DNA from: an uncultured Actinomycetes bacterium
GTDB lineage: Bacteria; Actinomycetota; Actinomycetes; S36-B12; CAIYMF01
DNA: 32,000 nucleotides
Direction: 5' to 3'
Assembly (NCBI GenBank): GCA_963843975.1
Contig: CAWJMG010000001.1
Coordinates: 120,001-152,000, forward strand
This document shows positions 15,702-24,453 of the stretch, one piece after another. Below the pieces are notes generated by a model. It ran no database searches, was not told where the DNA came from, and was given only the letters and a program-made list of their open reading frames with translations. The translations under genes and the position numbers were made by a program. The first letter of the stretch is position 1. Each line of letters opens with the position of its first letter.

Positions 15702-17225
15702 ATGACCGTCTACGCAGCACCGGGCACCGAGGGCAGCCTCGTCACCTTCCGCTCCCGCTACGACCACTGGATCGGCGGCGAGTACGTCGCGCCGGCGAGC
15801 GGCCAGTACTTCGAGAACCCCAGCCCCGTGAACGGCAAGGTGTTCTGCGAGGTCGCACGCGGCAACGACGTCGACATCGAGCGCGCGCTCGACGCGGCGC
15901 ACGCTGCCGCCCCGGCATGGGGCCGCTTGTCCGTGGGCGAGCGCGGGAACATCCTCAACAAGATCGCCGACCGCATCGAGGCCAACCTCGAGGCCATCGC
16001 CGTCGCCGAGACGTGGGAGAACGGCAAGCCGGTCCGCGAGACCCTCGCGGCCGACATCCCGCTCGTGGTCGACCACTTCCGCTACTTTGCGGGCGTCGTG
16101 CGCGGCCAGGAGGGCACGATCTCCCAGATCGACGACGACACCGTGGCGTACCACTTCCAGGAGCCGCTGGGCGTCGTCGGCCAGATCATCCCCTGGAACT
16201 TCCCGATCCTCATGGCGGCGTGGAAGCTCGCCCCGGCGATCGCGGCCGGCAACTGCGTCGTCATCAAGCCGGCCGAGCAGACGCCCGTCTCGCTGCTCTA
16301 TGTCATCGAGCTCATCGGCGACCTGCTGCCCCCCGGCGTCATCAACGTCGTCAACGGCTTCGGAGTCGAGGCGGGCAAGCCGCTCGCGTCGTCCCCGCGC
16401 ATCGCGAAGATCGCGTTCACCGGCGAGACCACGACCGGCCGCCTGATCATGCAGTACGCCTCGCAGAACATCATCCCGGTGACCCTCGAGCTCGGCGGCA
16501 AGAGCCCCAACGTCTTCTTCGAGGACATCGCCGCCCAGAACGACGACTTCTACGACAAGGCGCTCGAGGGCTTCACCCTCTTCGCGCTCAACCAGGGCGA
16601 GGTCTGCACCTGCCCGAGCCGTGCGCTCATCCAGTCGTCGATCTACGACAGGTTCCTCGCCGACGCCACCGCCCGAACGCAGCTCATCAAGCAGGGCAAC
16701 CCGCTCGACACCGACACGATGATCGGCGCCCAGGCGAGCAACGACCAGCTCGAGAAGATCCTCAGCTACGTCGAGATCGGCAAGGCCGAAGGCGCCAGGC
16801 TCGTCACGGGAGGCGAGCGCGCCGACCTCGGCGGCGACCTCGCCGACGGCTACTACATGACGCCGACGATCTTCGAGGGCGACAACTCGATGCGGATCTT
16901 CCAGGAGGAGATCTTCGGCCCGGTCGTGTCGGTCACCCGCTTCGACGACTACGACGACGCCCTCAAGATCGCGAACGACACGCTCTACGGCCTCGGCGCC
17001 GGCGTGTGGACGCGCGACATGAACACGGCGTACCGCATGGGCCGTGGCATCCAGGCCGGTCGCGTCTGGACGAACTGCTACCACGCGTACCCGGCGCACG
17101 CGGCCTTCGGCGGCTACAAGGGATCGGGCGTCGGCCGCGAGACCCACCACATGATGCTCGACCACTACCAGCAGACGAAGAACCTGCTGGTGTCGTACAA
17201 CCCGCAGAAGCTCGGCTTCTTCTAA
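15702..17225 (+). CDS. NAD(P)-dependent aldehyde dehydrogenase (acetaldehyde-dehydrogenase-II/AldB-like)
   Basis: 507 aa with ALDH motifs [20 protein letters not shown] (Glu) and [14 protein letters not shown] (catalytic Cys). C-terminal ..[10 protein letters not shown] is typical of this subfamily. SD GGAGG. Confidence 0.92.
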   Translation: MTVYAAPGTEGSLVTFRSRYDHWIGGEYVAPASGQYFENPSPVNGKVFCEVARGNDVDIERALDAAHAAAPAWGRLSVGERGNILNKIADRIEANLEAIAVAETWENGKPVRETLAADIPLVVDHFRYFAGVVRGQEGTISQIDDDTVAYHFQEPLGVVGQIIPWNFPILMAAWKLAPAIAAGNCVVIKPAEQTPVSLLYVIELIGDLLPPGVINVVNGFGVEAGKPLASSPRIAKIAFTGETTTGRLIMQYASQNIIPVTLELGGKSPNVFFEDIAAQNDDFYDKALEGFTLFALNQGEVCTCPSRALIQSSIYDRFLADATARTQLIKQGNPLDTDTMIGAQASNDQLEKILSYVEIGKAEGARLVTGGERADLGGDLADGYYMTPTIFEGDNSMRIFQEEIFGPVVSVTRFDDYDDALKIANDTLYGLGAGVWTRDMNTAYRMGRGIQAGRVWTNCYHAYPAHAAFGGYKGSGVGRETHHMMLDHYQQTKNLLVSYNPQKLGFF

Positions 17226-17229
17226 GCCG

Positions 17230-17625
17230 ATGACCGACGCACCCGTCGCGCGGGTGGCTGTGACCCCGGAGGCTGCGGACCTGGTCCGCAGCCTCCGGGC
17301 ACAGCACGGCCCGCTGATGTTCCACCAGTCCGGCGGCTGCTGCGACGGCAGCTCGCCCATGTGCTACCCGCTCGGCGACTTCATCACCGGGCCGGCCGAC
17401 GTCCTGCTCGGCCACCTCGACGTCGGCGGCCCGGAGCCCGTGCCCGTCTGGATGGGCCGGGACCAGTTCGCCTACTGGTCGCACACGCACCTGACGATCG
17501 ACGTCGTCCCCGGTCGCGGCGCGGGCTTCTCCCTCGAGTCGCCGACAGGGCAGCGCTTCCTCATCCGATCGCGGCTGTTCACCGACGAGGAGACCGCGCG
17601 GCTCGTGGCGCCCGAGACCGGCTGA
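17230..17625 (+). CDS. DUF779 domain protein (conserved partner of AldB-type aldehyde dehydrogenases)
   Basis: 131 aa; ..LMFHQSGGCCDGSSPMCYP.. and ..GRGAGFSLE.. are the family hallmarks. It starts 4 nt after the ALDH stop. Confidence 0.85.
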   Translation: MTDAPVARVAVTPEAADLVRSLRAQHGPLMFHQSGGCCDGSSPMCYPLGDFITGPADVLLGHLDVGGPEPVPVWMGRDQFAYWSHTHLTIDVVPGRGAGFSLESPTGQRFLIRSRLFTDEETARLVAPETG

Positions 17626-17627
17626 CG

Positions 17628-17648
17628 CGGGCGCACTCACTGCGCCCG
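17628..17648 (+). terminator. Hairpin CGGGCGCA-ctcac-TGCGCCCG directly after the DUF779 stop
   Basis: Perfect 8-bp stem with a 5-nt loop; no U-tract. Confidence 0.45.
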
Positions 17649-17700
17649 GCCTACTCTGGGGCCCGCCCCGGGAGCCCGGCGGCGGTGAGGACGGGACGAC

Positions 17701-18420
17701 ATGCCGGATCTGAGCATCGAGGTAGCGGGGTTCGGCACGATCCCCGCCTACTACGCACCTGCCCAGGGGGTGGACGGACCCGCGCCCGGCGTCGTCATCG
17801 TGCACGAGGCGTTCGGTCTCACCGACGCGATGCGCGAGGCTGCCGACCACGCCGCCTCGCTCGGCTACCACGCCCTCGCGCCGGACCTCATGTCGTACGC
17901 CGGCAACACCCGTTGCCTCGTCGCGATCGCGCGGTCGCTGACCGCGGGCGAGGGTCGCGCCTTCGACGAGATCCACGCCGCGCGGCAGTGGCTCGCCGAC
18001 CGCGAGGACTCCACCGACAAGGTCGGGGTCCTCGGCTTCTGCCTCGGCGGTGCCTTCGCCCTCGTGCTGGCGACGCAGGGCTTCGACGCCAGCGCCGCGA
18101 TGTACGGCCAGCTGCCCAAGCGGCTCGAGTCGGTGTTCGACGGAGCCTGCCCCGTGGTCGCGTCGTACGGCGGGAAGGACGGCAGCCTGCGCGGAGCGCC
18201 CGCGAAGCTCGAGTCCGCACTGGCAGCCGCCGGGGTCGAGCACGACGTGAAGGAGTACCCCGAGGCCGGGCACTCCTTCATGACGCACTCGGAGAAGGAC
18301 GCCCCGGCCTGGATGCGTCCGCTGTCGCGGCGCCTCATGAACGTCGGCTACGTCGACACCGCGGCCGCCGACAGCTGGAGCCGCATCAAGACCCTGTTCG
18401 ACGCGACGCTCCGGGGCTGA
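17701..18420 (+). CDS. Dienelactone hydrolase family alpha/beta hydrolase
   Basis: ..PGVVIVHEAFGLTD.., nucleophile elbow GVLGFCLGGAFAL (Cys-type DLH), ..EYPEAGHSF... Confidence 0.85.
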   Translation: MPDLSIEVAGFGTIPAYYAPAQGVDGPAPGVVIVHEAFGLTDAMREAADHAASLGYHALAPDLMSYAGNTRCLVAIARSLTAGEGRAFDEIHAARQWLADREDSTDKVGVLGFCLGGAFALVLATQGFDASAAMYGQLPKRLESVFDGACPVVASYGGKDGSLRGAPAKLESALAAAGVEHDVKEYPEAGHSFMTHSEKDAPAWMRPLSRRLMNVGYVDTAAADSWSRIKTLFDATLRG

Positions 18421-18423
18421 CGG

Positions 18424-19236
18424 TCACAGCAGAGGCGCGCCGACGACCTGCTCGAGGCGGTGAGTGCCCAGCGACCACGTGAGCGTCTCGCCGCCCTCGA
18501 CCCCCTGCACCGGCCACTGCGCCGGTGTGCGACCGGCGGTCACGCGCAGCGCGGGCTCGGCTGCGGCCCGGATGTCGGCGACGTCGCCCCAGATCCAGAC
18601 CGGATCCGTCGACCCGTCGTAGCGCTCGGCCACGGGGGCGAGCACCTCATCGTCCCGCCGTGTGCGGACGTCGAGCAGATGCACGCGGTCGTCACCGTGG
18701 TGCACGGCCAGCGACAGCAGGTGGCGCGGGCCGGCGGCCGGGTCGACGTGGTCGAGCAGGAGGTGAAGGACGGTCTCCGTGCCGTCGGCCGTGCGCAGCA
18801 CGCCGGCCTCCACGACCTCGACGCGGCCGACGACGTCGACCCATGCCGGCAACGACGAGCGCAGCGCCGCGTCGGCATCGGCTACCAGCGCCGCCGCCTC
18901 GTCGCGCAGGCCGCGGTGACCGTGCAGGGCGAGGACCGCCATGGCCTGCAGCCCCAACGTTGTGGTGCCCGCGCGCGCATCGGACACTGCCGCACGGGAG
19001 AAGCGGGCCAGGGTCTCGTCGGCGTCCGGGCCCCTCGAGGCGACGACCTCGAGGACGCCGGACGCGACGGCCTCGGCGGCGAAGCCGTCCGCTGCCGGCC
19101 CGAGCTTGGCGATGCGGGTCGTGAGGGCGTCCAGCGGCACCTCGGCGCGGAGCTTGCGGGCCTCCACCGCACGCAGCCGCGCGACAGCAGGAGCAGGGCG
19201 GCCGGCACCGGGTCGCCGGCGCGACACCGGGCTCAT
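18424..19236 (-). CDS. Hypothetical protein (270 aa), no family recognised
   Basis: Long ORF with near-saturated GC3 and normal amino-acid composition. Convergent with the DLH gene, with a 3-nt gap. Confidence 0.6.
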   Translation of the reverse strand: MSPVSRRRPGAGRPAPAVARLRAVEARKLRAEVPLDALTTRIAKLGPAADGFAAEAVASGVLEVVASRGPDADETLARFSRAAVSDARAGTTTLGLQAMAVLALHGHRGLRDEAAALVADADAALRSSLPAWVDVVGRVEVVEAGVLRTADGTETVLHLLLDHVDPAAGPRHLLSLAVHHGDDRVHLLDVRTRRDDEVLAPVAERYDGSTDPVWIWGDVADIRAAAEPALRVTAGRTPAQWPVQGVEGGETLTWSLGTHRLEQVVGAPLL

Positions 19237-19326
19237 GCGCGGACCCTACTGCCGGCCGGGGGATCCGCGGAGGGTCCCGACGGGTAGCGGCCGTCCCCCG
19301 AACGGGCGACCCGGTGTCGCGCAATC

Positions 19327-19602
19327 GTGACCGAAGGCGCTCAGGTCCGGTCGCGCGCGACCGATAACTCCGGCATGAGCCCGAACAGCCCGGAACCCAT
19401 CGTGCGAGCGATGCTCGCCGCGGTGCACCGGCGCGACCACGCGCACGCGGACGGCCCTTGCGCCCCGCACAGCGTCGAGGTCGTGCACCTGGGCAGCGCC
19501 TCCATCGCCGTGTGCCACGACTGCGTCTTCGAGTCCGGCTTCCACACGGTCCGCGAGTGCGAGCGCGCCGCCTCGGACCACCGCTACGCCACCGCGTCCT
19601 GA
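19327..19602 (+). CDS. Small Cys/His-rich hypothetical protein (91 aa from GTG 19327, or 75 aa from ATG 19375)
   Basis: High GC3. Sequence ..HRRDHAHADGPCAPHSVEVVHLGSASIAVCHDCVFESGFHTVRECERAASDH.. has 4 Cys and 9 His, suggesting metal binding. No clear SD for either start. Confidence 0.5.
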   Translation: MTEGAQVRSRATDNSGMSPNSPEPIVRAMLAAVHRRDHAHADGPCAPHSVEVVHLGSASIAVCHDCVFESGFHTVRECERAASDHRYATAS

Positions 19603-19677
19603 CCTCGCCGGTCACGAGCGGCTGATGACCTGCCCCACCATGGGGCAGCTCCAGCGTGCCCGCGCTACCGTCCTCCG

Positions 19678-20178
19678 GTGACCGACGCGACGTCCACCGC
19701 TCCCGAGGCCGGCTGGTACCCCGACCCCTCCGGGTCGCCGGCGCTGCGCTGGTGGGACGGCGAGCGCTGGACCGACTCCACGCACCCGCTGCCCGACCCC
19801 GCCGGCGCATCCGCCGACCTCGCGACCCCTTCCCCGGCACCCTCGCCGCCCTCGGCTCCGGCGCCCTCGGCGTCCCACCGGGGTCGTGCGATCGCCCTCG
19901 TGGCCGGCCTGCTGGTCGTGATCCTCGCCGCCGTCACAGCGCTGTCGTACGGGCTCTCGCGCCCGCGCATCACGACCAAGCTCGTCGAGGAGCAGATCGC
20001 CCAGAGCATCGCCGACCAGGTCGGCGCCGCCACCGTGGTGACCTGCCCCGACACCGTCGACGCAGGCAGCGGCATCTCGTTCACCTGCGACGTGTCGGTC
20101 GAGGGCGGCAAGACGGCCACGGTGAAGGTGACCCAGAAGGACGACCGGGGGACCGTCACGTGGGACGTCGTCCAGTAG
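19678..20178 (+). CDS. Membrane protein: N-terminal DUF2510 (GWYPDP..RWWDG..WT), Pro/Ser-rich linker, one TM, C-terminal DUF4333-like domain
   Basis: EAGWYPDPSGSPALRWWDGERWTD motif. TM AIALVAGLLVVILAAVTAL. C-terminal ..VTCPDTVDAGSGISFTCDVSVEGGKTATVKVTQKDDRGTVTW. GTG start. Confidence 0.75.
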   Translation: MTDATSTAPEAGWYPDPSGSPALRWWDGERWTDSTHPLPDPAGASADLATPSPAPSPPSAPAPSASHRGRAIALVAGLLVVILAAVTALSYGLSRPRITTKLVEEQIAQSIADQVGAATVVTCPDTVDAGSGISFTCDVSVEGGKTATVKVTQKDDRGTVTWDVVQ

Positions 20179-20221
20179 CGGTGACCCGCCCGTCGCAAGC
20201 AGCGCCCCCGAGGACGGCACG

Positions 20222-21133
20222 ATGACCCGCTCCAGCGAGACCGTCGCGATCGTGCACCCGGGCAAGTCCGGGGGCGTCGAGGCCGCCACCGAGCAGCTCG
20301 CCGCCTGGGCGCACGCCGCCTCGGTCCCCGCCCCGCACGTCGTGCCGACGACCACGGAGCGCACGGGCACCGAGCAGGCGCGCGAGGCGGTCGCCGCGGG
20401 TGCCGACCTCGTGCTGTCCTGGGGCGGTGACGGAACGCTCACCTCGGTGGCCACCGGCCTCGCCGGCACCGACGTGGCGCTCGGGATCATCCCCGGCGGC
20501 ACGGGCAACCTCCTCGCGCGCAACCTCGGCATCCCGCTGGCGCTCGACGAGGCTGCCGCCGTCGCGTTCACCGGCTCCGACCGCCGCATCGACGTCGTCG
20601 ACATCGGCCTCGGCGGCCGTGTCTCGCTCAGCACCGTGATCGCCGGCATGGGGCTGGACGCGTCGCTGATCGACGCGCCCGAGGCCTTGAAGGCGGCGAT
20701 CGGTCCTGCGGCGTACGTCGCCAACGCCGCCAAGCTCGTGAACAACGACTCCATGCGCGTCGCCGTGTCGGTCGACGGGGGCCAGCCCCGCTGGTACACC
20801 GCGCGCAGCGTGCTCGTCGCCAACGTGGGCGGCCTCATCGCCGGCCTCGACGTCGTGCCGGAGTCGGACGCCTCGGACGGGCTCCTGCACGTCGTGGTCC
20901 TCCCGCTCGACAAGCCGATGGACTGGGTGCGCACCGCGGGCAACCTGGTCCGGCGCCGCCCGCGCCAGGACGACTCGCGCATCCACCTGTCGGGGCGGTC
21001 GGCCTGGGTCGTGACGCAGATCCCGCAGCCCCGCCAGATCGACGGCGACGTCGTCGAGGACGGTCGCAAGATCGAGGCGCGCGTGCGCCCGGGCGCGCTC
21101 GTCGTGCGTGTGCCCGACGCCTCCGCCACCTGA
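20222..21133 (+). CDS. Diacylglycerol-kinase-family lipid kinase (DAGK_cat)
   Basis: ..LVLSWGGDGTLTSVATGL....LGIIPGGTGNLLARNLGIP.. signature. SD GAGGA. Confidence 0.85.
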   Translation: MTRSSETVAIVHPGKSGGVEAATEQLAAWAHAASVPAPHVVPTTTERTGTEQAREAVAAGADLVLSWGGDGTLTSVATGLAGTDVALGIIPGGTGNLLARNLGIPLALDEAAAVAFTGSDRRIDVVDIGLGGRVSLSTVIAGMGLDASLIDAPEALKAAIGPAAYVANAAKLVNNDSMRVAVSVDGGQPRWYTARSVLVANVGGLIAGLDVVPESDASDGLLHVVVLPLDKPMDWVRTAGNLVRRRPRQDDSRIHLSGRSAWVVTQIPQPRQIDGDVVEDGRKIEARVRPGALVVRVPDASAT

Positions 21134-21186
21134 TCGGCTCAAGCACGGCCCCCCGCTGCCGATGACCTGACCAGACCTCCGGAACG

Positions 21187-21206
21187 GCGCCGTCGGGGGA
21201 CGGCGC
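21187..21206 (+). terminator. Hairpin GCGCCGTC-gggg-GACGGCGC after the lipid kinase gene
   Basis: Perfect 8-bp stem read directly, located between 21133 and the next start at 21235. Confidence 0.4.
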
Positions 21207-21234
21207 ACGTCCGGACCCTGGAGGGAACACCGAG

Positions 21235-23232
21235 ATGCGAGGTAGGGGAAGGCTGTCCCTGACGGCAACGTTCGCCGTCGTGTGCCTCCTGGCGCTCGGT
21301 GCGCTCGGTGCTGCCCTCGTGGCCTCGATGGCGCAGCTGCTGCAGAAGCAGGCCCTCGACGAGGCGGTGCGCACGGCGCAGGCCTACGTCTCCGCCGGTG
21401 TCGGCGAGCGCGTGACGCGGCAGAACTGGGCCGACGGCACGATCGACCCCAAGGCCGAGACCTCGCTCGTGAAGTACCTGCACCCCGACGCGACGCTCGT
21501 GCGCTTCCAGCTCTGGAACCGCGACGCGACGCTGCTGTTCGACAGCGACGGCGTCGCCCTCGACCGGCCGAACTACGCCCGGCTCGCCATCGCCAACGAG
21601 CGCGCCCAGGTGAGCACGGCCATCGTCGACAGCGACAGCTTCGGCGGCATCGTCCCGTCCACACGTGCCGGCCTCGAGCAGGTGCTCGACGTCTACGTGC
21701 CGGTCTTCGACTCAGCGATGACCGTCGACGCCGCGGAGAGCGCCACACCCGTCGGCACGGCTGAGGTCGTGCTCGACTACGGCCCGACGGTCGCGGCGAC
21801 GCGTGACGCCGTGCGCACCATCGCGATCATCACGTTCCTCGGCCTTCTCCTCGTGTGGGCGCTGCTGTTCCGCACCGTGCACAACGCGAGCCGCAAGCTG
21901 CGTGCCTCGGCGGAGGAGAACGCCCGCCTCGCCCTGCTCGACCCGCTCACGGGTCTGCCCAACCGACGCCTGCTCAACGAGCGCCTCGAGACGGCCGTGG
22001 CCGATGCTCTGCGCGACGGCAAGCACGTCGGCCTGCTGCTGCTCGACATCGACCGCTTCAAGGAGATCAACGACTCCCTCGGGCACGACCGCGGCGACCA
22101 GCTGCTCGTGCAGGCCGCCGAGCGGCTGCGCGGCATCGTGCGTGAGACCGACACCGTCGCACGCCTCGGCGGCGACGAGTTCGCGATCCTGCTGAAGACC
22201 GTGCGGAGCGTGGACGACGGCGTGATGTTCGCCGAGCGCGTGCTCGAGGCGTTCGACGCGCCGTACGAGATCGACGGGCTGGTGCTGCACGTCGAGACCT
22301 CGATCGGCCTCGCGCTGTTCCCCGACCACGCCGACGACATGCAGTCGCTGCTCAAGCTGGCCGACGTCGCGATGTACATCGCGAAGGCGGGCCGCCGCGG
22401 CATGAGCGTGTACGAGGCCGACGGCGACACCAACTCCCCCGCCCGTCTCATCCTGCTCGGCGACCTGCGCCGCGCCCTGGACTCCGGCGACCAGCTGAGC
22501 ATCCACTACCAGGCCAAGCTCGACCTCGAGTCCAAGTCGGTCGTCGGCCTCGAGGCGCTGCTTCGGTGGAACCACCCGCTGCGCGGCATGGTGCCGCCCG
22601 GCGAGTTCATCCCGCTGGCCGAGCAGACCGGTCTCGTCCACACCTTGACCGACCGTGTCATGCGCATGGTGCTGGCCCAGCAGCGCATCTGGATCGACGG
22701 CGGCCTCGAGATCCCGGTGGCGGTCAACCTGTCCGCGCTCAACCTCGCCGAGCCCGAGCTCGACCGGCGCATCGCGCGCCTGTTCGAGGAGTACGACGTT
22801 CCCCCACGACTGCTCGAGTTCGAGATCACGGAGTCCGCGATCATGCAGGACCCGGAGCGCGCCGCCGAGGTGCTGCGCCGCATCGCGGCGATGGGCTCGA
22901 CCATCGCGCTCGACGACTTCGGCATCGGCAACACGTCCATCTCGCAGCTGCGCGACCTGCCGATCGACACCCTGAAGATCGACCGGTCGTTCATCAACGA
23001 CATGAGCACGGGCAACGAGGTGCTCGTCAAGGTCGTGACCGACCTCGCGCACGAGTTCTCGATGGTCGCTGTGGCGGAGGGCGTCGAGGAGCACGCGACC
23101 GCCGAGCGTCTTCGCCTGCTCGGATGCGACATCGCGCAGGGCTTCCTCTACGCGCGCCCGGTGCCTGCTGCGGAGCTCCCCGACGTCCTCGCGACGTACG
23201 GCCTCCGTACGCCGAGCGTGCTCCTCGACTGA
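21235..23232 (+). CDS. Membrane-bound sensor with GGDEF (diguanylate cyclase) and EAL (c-di-GMP phosphodiesterase) domains
   Basis: TM1 (FAVVCLLALGALGAALV), a ~170-aa extracytoplasmic domain and TM2 (IAIITFLGLLLVWALLF). GGDEF: DPLTGLPNRR..RLGGDEFAILL. EAL: EALLRW..EITES..DDFGIGNTS..KIDRSF..AEGVE..QG. All catalytic motifs look intact. Confidence 0.9.
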   Translation: MRGRGRLSLTATFAVVCLLALGALGAALVASMAQLLQKQALDEAVRTAQAYVSAGVGERVTRQNWADGTIDPKAETSLVKYLHPDATLVRFQLWNRDATLLFDSDGVALDRPNYARLAIANERAQVSTAIVDSDSFGGIVPSTRAGLEQVLDVYVPVFDSAMTVDAAESATPVGTAEVVLDYGPTVAATRDAVRTIAIITFLGLLLVWALLFRTVHNASRKLRASAEENARLALLDPLTGLPNRRLLNERLETAVADALRDGKHVGLLLLDIDRFKEINDSLGHDRGDQLLVQAAERLRGIVRETDTVARLGGDEFAILLKTVRSVDDGVMFAERVLEAFDAPYEIDGLVLHVETSIGLALFPDHADDMQSLLKLADVAMYIAKAGRRGMSVYEADGDTNSPARLILLGDLRRALDSGDQLSIHYQAKLDLESKSVVGLEALLRWNHPLRGMVPPGEFIPLAEQTGLVHTLTDRVMRMVLAQQRIWIDGGLEIPVAVNLSALNLAEPELDRRIARLFEEYDVPPRLLEFEITESAIMQDPERAAEVLRRIAAMGSTIALDDFGIGNTSISQLRDLPIDTLKIDRSFINDMSTGNEVLVKVVTDLAHEFSMVAVAEGVEEHATAERLRLLGCDIAQGFLYARPVPAAELPDVLATYGLRTPSVLLD

Positions 23233-23267
23233 GCGACCGACCTCATCGGCCGGTCAGCGTCGACGGC

Positions 23268-24266
23268 TCAGCGCTGGGCGCCGGTGGCCGACTTCGCGAG
23301 CCAGAGCTTCCACGGCATGTTCCACGGGCCGCCGGGGCCGTTCCAGTACTCCATCGGCCGACCGGTGCCGACCGTCACGACCGGGTCGCCCGGGATCGCG
23401 CGGTCGTAGAACCACTTGCCGTCGGAGTCGAGGACGTTGGTGCAGCCGTGCGAGCCGTCGTAGCGGCCGATGCGGCCGGCTGCCCACTGGGCGCCGTGCA
23501 CGAACTCGCCGGTCGGCGTGATGCGCACGGCCCAGGTGGCGGTGACGTCGTACTGGTCGTTGGGGTCGGTGATGCCCGCACCGACGCTCGTCATGCGCCG
23601 CGTCTCGTACTTCTCCTGCACGACCTTCACGCCCGAGCGGGTCTCGTAGCCCGGCTTGCCGAGCGAGACGGGGATCGTGCGCACGAGCTTGCCGTCGATG
23701 AACACGCGCATCCGGTGCGTCGCGTCGTCGACCTTCGCGACGAGCTGGCGACCGGTCTTGAACCAGTGCACCTTCGTCGTGGCGCCGACGTACTGACGGG
23801 TGGCGTTCTCGGCGAGGACGACGCCGGCGAGCGACATCTTGATCGAGACGGTCTTGCGCGACTGCCAGAACGTCTGCGGACGGAAGACGGCGGTCTGCGC
23901 GTCCTTCCAGTGCCAGGCACCCGAGGACAGGACGCCGGAGACGTAGACGCGCATGTGCTGCTCGGCCCGGGCCTTGAACACGACCGGGCCGCTGAACTTC
24001 ACGAAGATCGGTTGGGCCACGCCCATGGTGCGGCCCAGCGACGGGCTCGCGGTAGCGCTGACGGAGACCCTCGACTTCCCGGCGGGCGGCGGCGTGATCG
24101 GCGTCGTGGTGGTGCCGGACGGGGTGCCGCCGGTCGAACCGGTGTCGGCTTGCGCGGGCATGGCGGCCACGAGGCTGAGCACCAGTGCGGCGCCGCTCGC
24201 GGCGACGACGGCGACCGTCGTGCTGCGGCCGCGAAGGCGGACCGGTCGAGCTCGCCGCACGTCCAC
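23268..24266 (-). CDS. L,D-transpeptidase (LdtMt2-like: signal/anchor, Ig-like domain, YkuD catalytic domain)
   Basis: YkuD motif ..FVHGAQW....YDGSHGCTNVL... N-terminal TTVAVVAASGAALVLSLVAAMPAQA. GTG 24266 is 7 nt after GGAGG. Only the 3' 999 nt of track ORF 23268..25946 is used. Confidence 0.85.
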   Translation of the reverse strand: MDVRRARPVRLRGRSTTVAVVAASGAALVLSLVAAMPAQADTGSTGGTPSGTTTTPITPPPAGKSRVSVSATASPSLGRTMGVAQPIFVKFSGPVVFKARAEQHMRVYVSGVLSSGAWHWKDAQTAVFRPQTFWQSRKTVSIKMSLAGVVLAENATRQYVGATTKVHWFKTGRQLVAKVDDATHRMRVFIDGKLVRTIPVSLGKPGYETRSGVKVVQEKYETRRMTSVGAGITDPNDQYDVTATWAVRITPTGEFVHGAQWAAGRIGRYDGSHGCTNVLDSDGKWFYDRAIPGDPVVTVGTGRPMEYWNGPGGPWNMPWKLWLAKSATGAQR

Positions 24267-24429
24267 GGCGGTACCTCCAGGCAGGCGGGACACGGGCGAC
24301 ACCGCAGCAGTGCGGCATCGCCTACGGCGACTGTACGTCGGACGAGGCCCGATCTGCCGCATCGGTATCCCGAGCGGCCCGTTCGGCCGATGCCGGGGCA
24401 CGCCGTACGGCCCACGGCGGACCCAGCGT

Positions 24430-24453
24430 GACCGGTCGTGCCCCGACCGGGTC
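24430..24453 (-). terminator. Hairpin overlapping the stop codon of the upstream L,D-transpeptidase (GACCCGGTCG-gggca-CGACCGGTC, one bulge)
   Basis: Read on the minus strand; 9-bp GC-rich stem. Confidence 0.35.
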
